A stretch of DNA of 64,000 nucleotides from assembly GCA_017398545.1 (NCBI GenBank), contig JAFQFT010000011.1:31429-95428 (forward strand). The letters are read 5' to 3'. Position numbers and translations under genes: made by a program. Source of the DNA: Bacilli bacterium. GTDB lineage: Bacteria > Bacillota_I > Bacilli_A > ML615J-28 > CAG-313. This document shows, piece after piece, positions 1-8,173 of the stretch. Each line of letters begins with the position of its first letter. Position 1 is the first letter of the stretch. Under the pieces are notes generated by a model. That model was not told where the DNA came from. It made no database searches and saw only the letters and a program-made list of their open reading frames with translations.

Positions 1-786
1 AAGGTTATCGTCCGTAATTTTATCTAATACATAAGGATCCTCAACATATATAGCGTTATGTAGGAATAGTTTACTGTCCATTACATTAGCAGATAATCCT
101 TTTTTTTCTATCAAAGTAAAGTGGGAGCCCATTTCACCATTTTTTGTTATTAAAACGGTTGATTTCTTTTCTTTTGATTTTAGATTTATAGGATAAACTT
201 GACCATTAAACTCCACATTAAAAAGTGATGCAACACTTCTTTCAGCAAACCCTTGTAGATCTTTATCAAAATAATACTTATTCATCTCCTCAAGAACAGA
301 CATAGCTCTATCTCTGTTCTCATTGTAATTATCTAAAAAGACAGAGAATTTCTTCGGCAACCCATTTTTTTGCTTTATTGAAAAATCTAACAATGTCTGA
401 GGCGTGATAAAATCAACAATCTCTTTTAAATTGATAAAAAGTTCAACAACGTCTACATATTCAAGAAGACGACGATATCCCAAACTTGTATGTAAAAGAG
501 GTGATAAATCTTTTTGTAATACTTCTTGCATTCTATCAAAGTCAACGTATTTTGCAACACTTTCTAAATCAAGAAGACGAGATATGCTTGATATTGTCCT
601 TCTATAATTCATTATTAGTTCATCGTGTATTTTTTCTTCAAGATTACTTAAAGATTCAATAGTTGCATATAATGCCTTTCCTACTGTAGATTTACCAGAG
701 TTGTTGTTTCCACAAATAACAGTTAATCCTTTTATCTTTATCGTAGCATTATTTATTATACCAATATTTTGTAATATTAATTCCAT
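1..786 (-). CDS. AAA family ATPase (AAA_15/AAA_21-like), 5' part only; runs off the left edge
   Basis: Not in the ORF track. Manual translation from ATG at 786 (RBS AAGGAG): MELILQNIGIINNATIKIKGLTVICGNNNSGKSTVGKALY. The GLTVI-G-N-SGKST Walker A start is typical of ABC-type/AAA_15 ATPases. Confidence 0.8.
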   Translation of the reverse strand, partial: MELILQNIGIINNATIKIKGLTVICGNNNSGKSTVGKALYATIESLSNLEEKIHDELIMNYRRTISSISRLLDLESVAKYVDFDRMQEVLQKDLSPLLHTSLGYRRLLEYVDVVELFINLKEIVDFITPQTLLDFSIKQKNGLPKKFSVFLDNYNENRDRAMSVLEEMNKYYFDKDLQGFAERSVASLFNVEFNGQVYPINLKSKEKKSTVLITKNGEMGSHFTLIEKKGLSANVMDSKLFLHNAIYVEDPYVLDKITDDNL

Positions 787-1049
787 AGTAAACTCCTTAC
801 AAAATTTATATTTAAGAATTAATCCACCGTAAAACTCTATAAACTCTTTGATGTTACATTAGAAAATTTTAAATTTTTTCAAATATACTCAAAGAAGTAG
901 AGTAGTTTATTCAAAATTAAATTACAGCATTTGCACTTATTTCTGCTGTTAACTTTGGGAGGATATTATACATTTGATTATCAGTGAGAATTTTCCCGAG
1001 TTATCATACTATATGGTTACAATAGTCACTCATTATATAGTATGTAAAT

Positions 1050-1078
1050 ATTATAGCATAAATTTTCATTAATTTCAA
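1050..1078 (-). promoter_or_regulatory. sigmaA-type promoter for the ATPase leader
   Basis: TTGAAA-17 bp-TATAAT with extended -10 TG. Confidence 0.65.
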
Positions 1079-1085
1079 GAACTTT

Positions 1086-1134
1086 TTGATAATTTTCAAA
1101 ATTATCTATGTTGATAATTTTCAAAATTATCTAT
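1086..1134. repeat. Tandem 25-bp duplication, each unit a palindrome
   Basis: TTGATAATTTTCAAAATTATCTAT twice; core GATAATTTT-C-AAAATTATC at 1088-1106 and 1113-1131. Confidence 0.9.
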
Positions 1135-1150
1135 TGGAATTATGCAAAAT

Positions 1151-1783
1151 TTATTTACCAATTTTCCATTTGTGTCCACAATTTTGGCAAACATTTATTG
1201 GTTTGCCACTACCAATAAATCCCCAAATAATAGAGTAACCTCTATTAATTGTAGCGATTGAAGGTGAAGCACATTTAGGGCAAGTTGGAATTCCTTTCTT
1301 ACTATATTCATTTCGTGTTCGGTCTAATTCATTCCTCCTACGTACCAATTCTGCTTGTTTTTTTTGCTTTTCTTCCTTTTGTAATTTATCTCTTTCTTGT
1401 TTCTCTTCGATTTCTTTTTGCTTTTTTTGTTGATATAGTTGAAAATCTTTTTTTGCTAACATATAATCGCTTATTTCAAAAATTGTACCGATAATAAATA
1501 TAATACAAAAAAACAAGCAAATCAATCCTAGAATAATAATTGACTGTATTCCAAAGATAAATCCAACAAATGATATTAAGGATATTAGTCCAAATTTTAA
1601 ACAATTGCTTAACTTGGGCATAGGAATTTCTTTTGAACAAGATTTAGTTATTTTATTTTCAGAACTTGAAGTAAGTTTAATATTATCAGTATCCATATCT
1701 ATGTGAGGTACGGAAATTCCACATTTATGACAAAATAAAGAATCTTCTGATAATTCTACTCCACACTTTTTACAAACTTTCAT
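1151..1783 (-). CDS. Zinc-ribbon membrane protein
   Basis: N-terminal CKKC/CHKC ribbon, two TM helices, coiled coil, C-terminal CPKC...CQNC ribbon; RBS AGGAGG. Confidence 0.75.
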   Translation of the reverse strand: MKVCKKCGVELSEDSLFCHKCGISVPHIDMDTDNIKLTSSSENKITKSCSKEIPMPKLSNCLKFGLISLISFVGFIFGIQSIIILGLICLFFCIIFIIGTIFEISDYMLAKKDFQLYQQKKQKEIEEKQERDKLQKEEKQKKQAELVRRRNELDRTRNEYSKKGIPTCPKCASPSIATINRGYSIIWGFIGSGKPINVCQNCGHKWKIGK

Positions 1784-2127
1784 ATATTGCTATCCTCCTA
1801 AAAATGAAATAACATGTTTAAACAAGATAAGTTATTTAAAAAATAAATTCATTATTACCATAATATAAATATTAACTCTATTTTAAATATAAGTAAAAAG
1901 AAAAAAATAACTTTTAATAATCCATTGTCTTTTAATATAAATAGCTAGATATTATCATTTTTTATAATAATATTTTAACATAACATTATAATTTTTTCAA
2001 TATTTTGACTATAAATAATATAATAAAAAATAATTAAATATTTAAATTATATTTTCTATAAAAATAAACTTAGTTCATTAAGTAGAAACTAATCGTTAAA
2101 AGTATTATAACTAATTTTTTGTTTTTG

Positions 2128-2301
2128 ATGTGCCAAAATTTTATTTTAGATTTACCCTAAAATAATGTACTAACTAGTATTTAAATCTAAATTAAGTATA
2201 TTGCATATGGGCTAATTAATATAGACCATACTGCAGCTATTTTCTTAACTTAAGTCACATTAAATACATTAGTTATTTATATTCATCATTTTGGATAACA
2301 A
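2128..2301 (-). repeat. Structured element copy A (putative ncRNA or cis element); strand tentative
   Basis: Core 2170-2301 aligns with 11387-11518; nested stems with compensatory changes. Confidence 0.7.
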
Positions 2302-2307
2302 ATTAAC

Positions 2308-2343
2308 AAAAATATTAGTCCTCTTTTAAGACTAATATTTTTT
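2308..2343 (-). terminator. Intrinsic terminator after the DUF3307 gene
   Basis: AAAAATATTAGTC...GACTAATATTTTT inverted repeat. Confidence 0.65.
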
Positions 2344-2347
2344 AAGA

Positions 2348-3088
2348 TTACTTAATAATTAATAAAGCTAATATCGCAATTATCAAACTAAATAATGTTC
2401 CAACTAAATACTTTTCAGCAAAATCTTTATCTTCTAATTGCTTAAACCTAGCAAGAGATTTTGCTGTTAAAACTAATGCAATCGAACCATACAAACCAAG
2501 TACACCCAAAAGTAATATTACTACTCTTTCTAACATTCCAATTAATGCACCTACATTATCTGACTCAACATTTTCACAAATATCTTTTTTATTAAAGATA
2601 TAATTAAAGAAATGTTTTATAAATACTGATGCTGGAGATAAAACAATTAAGAATGCTAAAATATAATTAATAATTATATTATGACCTATTTCTTTTAAAA
2701 ATGAAATATTATATACTGCATCACCTATAGAATTCAAATTTGATTTAATAACAAGTGAAATAGTTACCAGTAATAAAACATGTATAATTTGATCAACTAT
2801 AAAACTCCAAAATGAAAAAGCATTATTGTTAAATTTTTTTGTAATTTTAATTCTAAAATAATCAATTAAAAAATGTGAACCAAAAACTAAAAATGACCAA
2901 AAGATAATTTCCCAAATGTTTCCAAATAGTAACAATACTAAAGTAATCATTATAGTATAAATTAAACTATGTATAATAAGTCCTTTTATACTATTTTTCT
3001 TTTTTTCAACCAACTTAACAGGTTGCAAGAAAAAATCACCTATTAAATGAGCTATTAATAATAATTTTAGAATATCCATTTCTTTCAC
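2348..3088 (-). CDS. DUF3307-family membrane protein (SatE-like)
   Basis: AHLIGDFFLQ, HSLIY, HFLID, DQIIH motifs plus GALIGMLER...AKSLARF...AEKYLVGTL; GTGA overlap with satD. Confidence 0.85.
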   Translation of the reverse strand: MKEMDILKLLLIAHLIGDFFLQPVKLVEKKKNSIKGLIIHSLIYTIMITLVLLLFGNIWEIIFWSFLVFGSHFLIDYFRIKITKKFNNNAFSFWSFIVDQIIHVLLLVTISLVIKSNLNSIGDAVYNISFLKEIGHNIIINYILAFLIVLSPASVFIKHFFNYIFNKKDICENVESDNVGALIGMLERVVILLLGVLGLYGSIALVLTAKSLARFKQLEDKDFAEKYLVGTLFSLIIAILALLIIK

Positions 3089-3942
3089 CCCCTATATTCT
3101 TTTTTCATATATTCAAAAACCAAACATTCTAATTTTCTAATTTCATCAAATTTGCCTAAAGCCCTAATCTTTTCAATATTATGTCTACTTACTTTTAATA
3201 ACATTGAACAAACAGAATTTAATTTAGTTGCAAACCTTGGCCCAAATAATTTATGAAACTTTTCTTCTCTTCTAAAATAATTGTATCTGACTTCATCGAA
3301 TAACATATCTTTAATATCATTAGAAGTATTTTCATCAAAATCATAAGTCAATACATTTTGTTTTAATTTATCTATAATAAAGTTTGCAATTTTATTGATG
3401 TTTTGTCCTTCATATTTAATTTCTAATGGATATAACAAATTAAATAAATCAAAGACATCAGCTTGTCTATTTGTATGATCAAAATTAAGTAATTCAACAG
3501 TGCTCATTACTTGATTTACTAGGTTATCATTTACTTCATTACATGAATATAATAAAAAACCATATTTCTCAAATTTACAATCATTTAGTGCTGAAATAGC
3601 ATAATGATACGCTTCACCGTCAAACATATTTGTACTACGATAATCTTTTTCTAATATTCTTTGATTTAACATTCCGTATCCTATCCCACATCTAACTTGA
3701 TATGGATAAAATAAATTTCTTATAAAGCAATAACAACTAAAAGCATCAGAAACATCTTTAAATAATGCTTGAATAGAATCTCCAGATGAAAATTCAAATG
3801 ATTTCACTAATTCTTTTGAATAATATTCATTAATAAACTGAATGATAGAAAATAACTTATCTTGAATATAAAATCTTTGTTCATCATCATATGTTCTAGA
3901 ATGTTGTATATCTAAAATAATAGCAGCATAATTATTACTCAC
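3085..3942 (-). CDS. satD: SatD family protein (nucleotide-cyclase-like fold)
   Basis: YAAIILDIQHSR, GDSIQAL, VRCGIGYG, DGEAYHYA motifs; start moved to GTG 3942 behind RBS GAGGTGA. Confidence 0.8.
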   Translation of the reverse strand: MSNNYAAIILDIQHSRTYDDEQRFYIQDKLFSIIQFINEYYSKELVKSFEFSSGDSIQALFKDVSDAFSCYCFIRNLFYPYQVRCGIGYGMLNQRILEKDYRSTNMFDGEAYHYAISALNDCKFEKYGFLLYSCNEVNDNLVNQVMSTVELLNFDHTNRQADVFDLFNLLYPLEIKYEGQNINKIANFIIDKLKQNVLTYDFDENTSNDIKDMLFDEVRYNYFRREEKFHKLFGPRFATKLNSVCSMLLKVSRHNIEKIRALGKFDEIRKLECLVFEYMKKEYRG

Positions 3943-3960
3943 AGTATTCACCTCGCTATT

Positions 3961-4062
3961 ATTATATCATATTAAATATTAAAATGCAACCTAAATAAGT
4001 TGCATTTTTAATTTGCAACCTAAATAGGTTGCATTTCCGTTTTGCAACCGAAACAGGTTGCA
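3961..4062 (-). promoter_or_regulatory. satD promoter with three tandem 20-bp palindromic operators
   Basis: TGCAACC-N6-(A/G)GTTGCA at 3985-4004, 4014-4033, 4043-4062; TTGCAT-17-TATAAT with its -35 overlapping the first palindrome. Confidence 0.8.
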
Positions 4063-4090
4063 AACTGAAATTATAATCAAAACTAAATAC

Positions 4091-4187
4091 AAAAAAACCA
4101 CTACCTAGGATAGTGGTTTTATTATTCTAACTACTTAAAGCAGTAGAAACACCTGAAATGCAGGAGGTGCAAACACCTATAATTTAC
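4091..4187 (-). ncRNA. Candidate ~95-nt small RNA
   Basis: Lies between a consensus promoter and a terminator (AAAACCACTA...TAGTGGTTTT + T run); three hairpins; no ORF. Confidence 0.55.
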
Positions 4188-4193
4188 ATATAA

Positions 4194-4222
4194 ATTATAC
4201 CATTTTAGAAAGAAAATGTCAA
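4194..4222 (-). promoter_or_regulatory. Consensus sigmaA promoter
   Basis: TTGACA-17 bp-TATAAT with extended -10 TG. Confidence 0.8.
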
Positions 4223-4235
4223 TGTTTTCTCATTT

Positions 4236-4739
4236 TTATTCAAATGATTTAATTATATTTGAATTTTCATATATATAAATTTTTTTACTATTTGTTATCT
4301 TTCTATAATATTCTAAAGCCTTATCAGAATAAATTTTAACTGGAGGAATATAATATCCTTTTTTCTTTAGTCCATTATGTTCATAATTGATAACAGCAAC
4401 AGAAACAATATATATATTTTTTGAAGCATAATACTTTTTAAATTTCACGCTAATAGCATTTATATCAAGTTTAATTATTTTTTTATTCTTTATTTTCTTA
4501 AAACAAATACCTATACGAAAATAATATATTGATTTAATTATAAAAAATAAGAAAATCAAAAATAAAAAAGGAATTACAAAAAAATAAATTCTTTTAGCAT
4601 ATTTAAGGTCTTCGCTAGTCAATGCTAAAAATGCACATGCGATAATAAAAAATAAAGGAAGTAATGCTGTAAAAAAATAATTACTATAAATTTTCTTTAT
4701 TGTAATGTTATTTTTTATATTAATTGTTTTTTTTGACAT
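4236..4739 (-). CDS. Hypothetical basic membrane protein (2 TM)
   Basis: RBS AGGAGG, two hydrophobic segments. Confidence 0.6.
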   Translation of the reverse strand: MSKKTINIKNNITIKKIYSNYFFTALLPLFFIIACAFLALTSEDLKYAKRIYFFVIPFLFLIFLFFIIKSIYYFRIGICFKKIKNKKIIKLDINAISVKFKKYYASKNIYIVSVAVINYEHNGLKKKGYYIPPVKIYSDKALEYYRKITNSKKIYIYENSNIIKSFE

Positions 4740-4868
4740 ACACTTAACCTCCTAATATTTTATAGGTATTTTTTTAATATGATTAAACAAATATTTATTT
4801 AAAGTTTCGTTTTTTTTATTTTACCACATTATTAAATTATTTTCAATATTTCATAAAAAAATGAGCTT

Positions 4869-6479
4869 TTAATCTAAGCTCATTTCTATAAATTTATATA
4901 TAATTTTAATTTCTCTTGTTTTTTCTCCGTTAATTTCTTTTTTATATCCAATAACTATTCTTGAAACTAAATCATTTACCATATCTTGTGTTATTTTTAT
5001 TTCATCAATATATTAAAATGCAACATCTTTTAAATTTTTTAGTGAATCTTCAGTAACTGGAGATTTTTTTATTTCTTCTTCTAACTTTAAAATTTTATCT
5101 TTTAGTTCTTTTTGTTCACTTTTATACTCTCCTAATAATGTTTTATATGTGTCTATATCTATTAGTCTTGATGCATAGTCTTAATAAAGGTTTCTTATTA
5201 TTGTGATTAATGTAGTTTGTCTAGTTTTATATTTCTTTAATAATCCTTCATTTATGTTTAAATTAGTATTCTTTTTTAATTCTTCTTTTAATAATTCAAT
5301 TACTTCATCATTTCTTTTAACCGTTGATATAAAGCTTCTTAAGCTCTTATCTACAATTGTTTTAATTGTATTATATGTTATAGTATTTGATTTAGGACAT
5401 CTTGCTATATTATCACGATGTCTTTGGCATTTATAAAAACATCTTGAAGATCCAGTTCTTTCTTTTTGAGTTATTAAAACCATTCTTCCCCCACAGTTAG
5501 CGCAAAAGATTATTCCTTTAAAGAAATTTTCTGAATCATGAACTTTCTTTGTGCTTCTAGATTCAAGAATTTTTTGTACTTCATTAAACTCTTCTTGAGT
5601 TACTATTGGTTCATGTGTACCACATACAATTATTCTTTGATCTATTGGAACTTTTACTACTTTTTTTGTTTTATAGTTTTCTATTTCATACTTTCTATTT
5701 ACCATGTCACCAACATATACTCTATCTTTCAAGATTGCGTTAATTGTAGCTGGAATCCATACTCCACGTCTTTTAAATGTATTATCTTTTATATATCTAT
5801 CAAATCTTGTATCCCCATTTAATGATTTATAGGTTGCAGGATTAACAATATTTTCAGACATAAGAGTATTTGCAATAATCGTTGAACCTTTTTTGTCAAG
5901 TGCCATATCAAATATTTTTCTTACTACTTGTGCTGCTTCTGGATCAATAATAAGTTTATTTTTATTAGTAGGATCTTGTTTATAACCATATGGGGCTTGA
6001 GATGCGATAAAATATCCATTCATTGCTCTTTGACGCTTTGCTATTTTTATTTTTCTTGATAAATCTTTTGCATACATATCATTTAAGATATTTTTAAATG
6101 GAGCAATATCATTATTATTTGATAATGTATCTACATTATCAGTTATTGCAACATATCTTACATGTTTTGTTGGGAAGTATATTTCTGTATAATAACCAGT
6201 TTGAATATAATCCCTTCCAAGTCGTGATAAATCTTTTGTTATGACCATATTAATCTTCCCTATTTCAATATCAGATATCATTCTTTGAAATGAAGGTCTA
6301 TTATAATTTAAGCCTGAAAATCCATCATCAACATATATATCAATTATTTCTAAACTATGTTCTACACAATACTTCTCTAATATCATTTTTTGAGTAATGA
6401 TACTTTCAGAATCTCCTACATTTCCATCGTCACTTGAAAGTCTACAATAGAGTCCTACTTTGTAGATGTTATCAATCAT
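4869..6479 (-). pseudogene. Large serine recombinase (resolvase, recombinase, Zn-ribbon, C-terminal coiled coil) with two in-frame TAA stops
   Basis: YCRLSSDD, DDGFSG, KDLSRLGR, APYGY, HEPIV, CANCG motifs. The frame stays recombinase-like past TAA 5181-5183 and TAA 5013-5015 (LY*DYASRLID...LVSRIVIG...REIKIIYKFI) to a stop at 4869, overlapped by a hairpin. Confidence 0.85.
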
Positions 6480-6609
6480 TACTTTTTCCCCTTTTTATAA
6501 TTTTAGCTACAATTTTAGCAAGAAATGCTTCTAGCTTTTCAATATTATCAAATTCTTCTTTAATGATGTATTTAACACCATCTATATACATTACTTTATC
6601 TTTTTCCAT
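6472..6609 (-). CDS. Small TnpW-like protein upstream of the recombinase (45 aa)
   Basis: MEKDKVMYIDGVKYIIKEEFDNIEKLEAFLAKIVAKIIKRGKSND; RBS GAGGGAG; overlaps the recombinase start. Confidence 0.6.
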   Translation of the reverse strand: MEKDKVMYIDGVKYIIKEEFDNIEKLEAFLAKIVAKIIKRGKSND

Positions 6610-6677
6610 TGTGCTCCCTCATATAATCTCTATTCTACTTACATTATATGAAGGTGTAAGGTCAAATATTGTCCCTA

Positions 6678-7211
6678 TCAATTATAATATTTATCAATAT
6701 ATGCTTCTATTAAAATTTGATAAGCTTTATTTGGATGTTTTATTATACGGCCATATTCTTGATATAGTATTACTTGTGTAAATGCGTAAGCATCAATATC
6801 TACTTCCTTTGAGTTATATTCTACTAAAGACGCCTTATCATTTAGGTTAATTGGTGTAAAGTGATTAACTAGTACATTCTCCCATCTTTTGTGTCTATCT
6901 GTTTCATGATCTCTTGCTTTATAGATTTAGTATACGTGTCTTAACTCATGAGCAATAGATTTAAGACATTCTTTATGATTGTACAAGTATTTTCTATTGA
7001 TTTCAATATGTGCTGGATATTCTAAAACTAATCTACTGTCAACACTTAAGTTTTCAAAACATATTGGTAGTGCTTCTACTCCTAAGAATACTGAGATATT
7101 TATACAGTCTTTTACAAGTACTTCTTCTTCCTCCCAGTGATCTTCTCTAAAATTTTTAATGGACTTTTTTTTAGTTCTTCATCATTATATAGTTTTTTCT
7201 TTATTAATCAT
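6678..7211 (-). pseudogene. HExxH metallopeptidase (ImmA/IrrE-like) pseudogene
   Basis: SIAHELRHVY*IY...EVDIDAYAF; in-frame TAA at 6927-6929 and a frameshift in an A8 run near 7165-7172. Confidence 0.7.
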
Positions 7212-7316
7212 ATCCCTGACCTTCATTTCTATAAACATTTTTGTGACACTTACATTAACTAATCTTAAATTTCATATTATAATTAAAGTAATATTTTATA
7301 TATATAGGGATTTGTT

Positions 7317-7811
7317 ATGAATAGATTAAAAGAATTAAGAGAAGAAAAAAATTTATCAACTAGAGGTCTTGCAGCAATGGTTGATATTAATCATATGGCC
7401 ATTAATTATTATGAGAATGAAAAAAGAGATTTTAATACTACTGCATTAAAAACTCTTTCTATATTCTTTGATGTGACAATAGATTATCTTCTTTGTCATA
7501 GTAGTTATTATTTATTTGTTAATTATCATAATATTATGTTAAAAGTTAATGAAGAAGATTATAAGTTACTATATAAAGATGGATTTATATATTTTGATAA
7601 TAATAAAAGATATATTAATTTAAATAAACTTATAGGATTAGATAATGATAATGATTTATTTGATTTTATAATTGATTTATATAGACACAAGAGATTAGAT
7701 GGATTGTTTGATAAGAATGATACATCTATATTTGAAAAAAATAATGATGTTGTAGAGATTATATTAGATAAAGAATTTATAGAATATATGAAGAAATCAT
7801 TAGAGTTATAA
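7317..7811 (+). CDS. Xre/Cro HTH repressor (ImmR-like)
   Basis: MNRLKELREEKNLSTRGLA...YENEKR...FFDVTIDYLL; divergent from the peptidase. Confidence 0.85.
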   Translation: MNRLKELREEKNLSTRGLAAMVDINHMAINYYENEKRDFNTTALKTLSIFFDVTIDYLLCHSSYYLFVNYHNIMLKVNEEDYKLLYKDGFIYFDNNKRYINLNKLIGLDNDNDLFDFIIDLYRHKRLDGLFDKNDTSIFEKNNDVVEIILDKEFIEYMKKSLEL

Positions 7812-7870
7812 TGGAAAGAGAGATCTTTCCTTTATTTTGCCTTCTCCTATTAATTTCATTAATCCATAAA

Positions 7871-7913
7871 AACACTCCGCAAGCCCTTTTTTTTCAAGTG
7901 CTTGCGGAGTTTG
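7871..7913. terminator. Likely bidirectional terminator between convergent genes
   Basis: ACTCCGCAAGC...GCTTGCGGAGT stem. Confidence 0.65.
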
Positions 7914-7914
7914 T

Positions 7915-8148
7915 CTAATCATTTTTATTATTTTGTTTTTTCACTAATGCTCTACCTCTTAAATATATCAAAGTACCAATTGTTTCAACAATAACAAACA
8001 AAAACAATACTCCCAAATATTGTCGTAGACTAGCTTTTTCATATATACTTTCAATCAGCCAAAATAAGCTAATTATAGGACCACTTATCCATAATAATTT
8101 TCCTGAAAAAATATATATAACTCCAAATGAAGAATTTAAATCTTTCAT
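7915..8148 (-). CDS. Small 2-TM membrane protein
   Basis: RBS GGAGG, two hydrophobic helices, 25 bp downstream of the large gene. Confidence 0.65.
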   Translation of the reverse strand: MKDLNSSFGVIYIFSGKLLWISGPIISLFWLIESIYEKASLRQYLGVLFLFVIVETIGTLIYLRGRALVKKQNNKND

Positions 8149-8173
8149 ATAGCCTCCGCTTTCATGTTTTAAA

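Noticed and set aside
3987-4023. CAACCTAA shared between the satD palindromes and the yjcZ junction as an att core
   Set aside because: An 8-bp match in AT-rich DNA is expected by chance, and the flanks differ.
3985-4062. Mini CRISPR array
   Set aside because: Spacers are only 9 bp, there are no cas genes in the window, and the first unit overlaps a -35 box.
4125-4180. Purine riboswitch (GUUUCUAC motif)
   Set aside because: The three-way junction and loop-loop residues are missing, and no purine gene follows.
4869-7211. TAA reassigned to a sense codon in the mobile element (three in-frame TAAs)
   Set aside because: TAA is the normal stop of neighbouring genes and of the recombinase itself, and the peptidase also has a frameshift. 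Decay explains it better.
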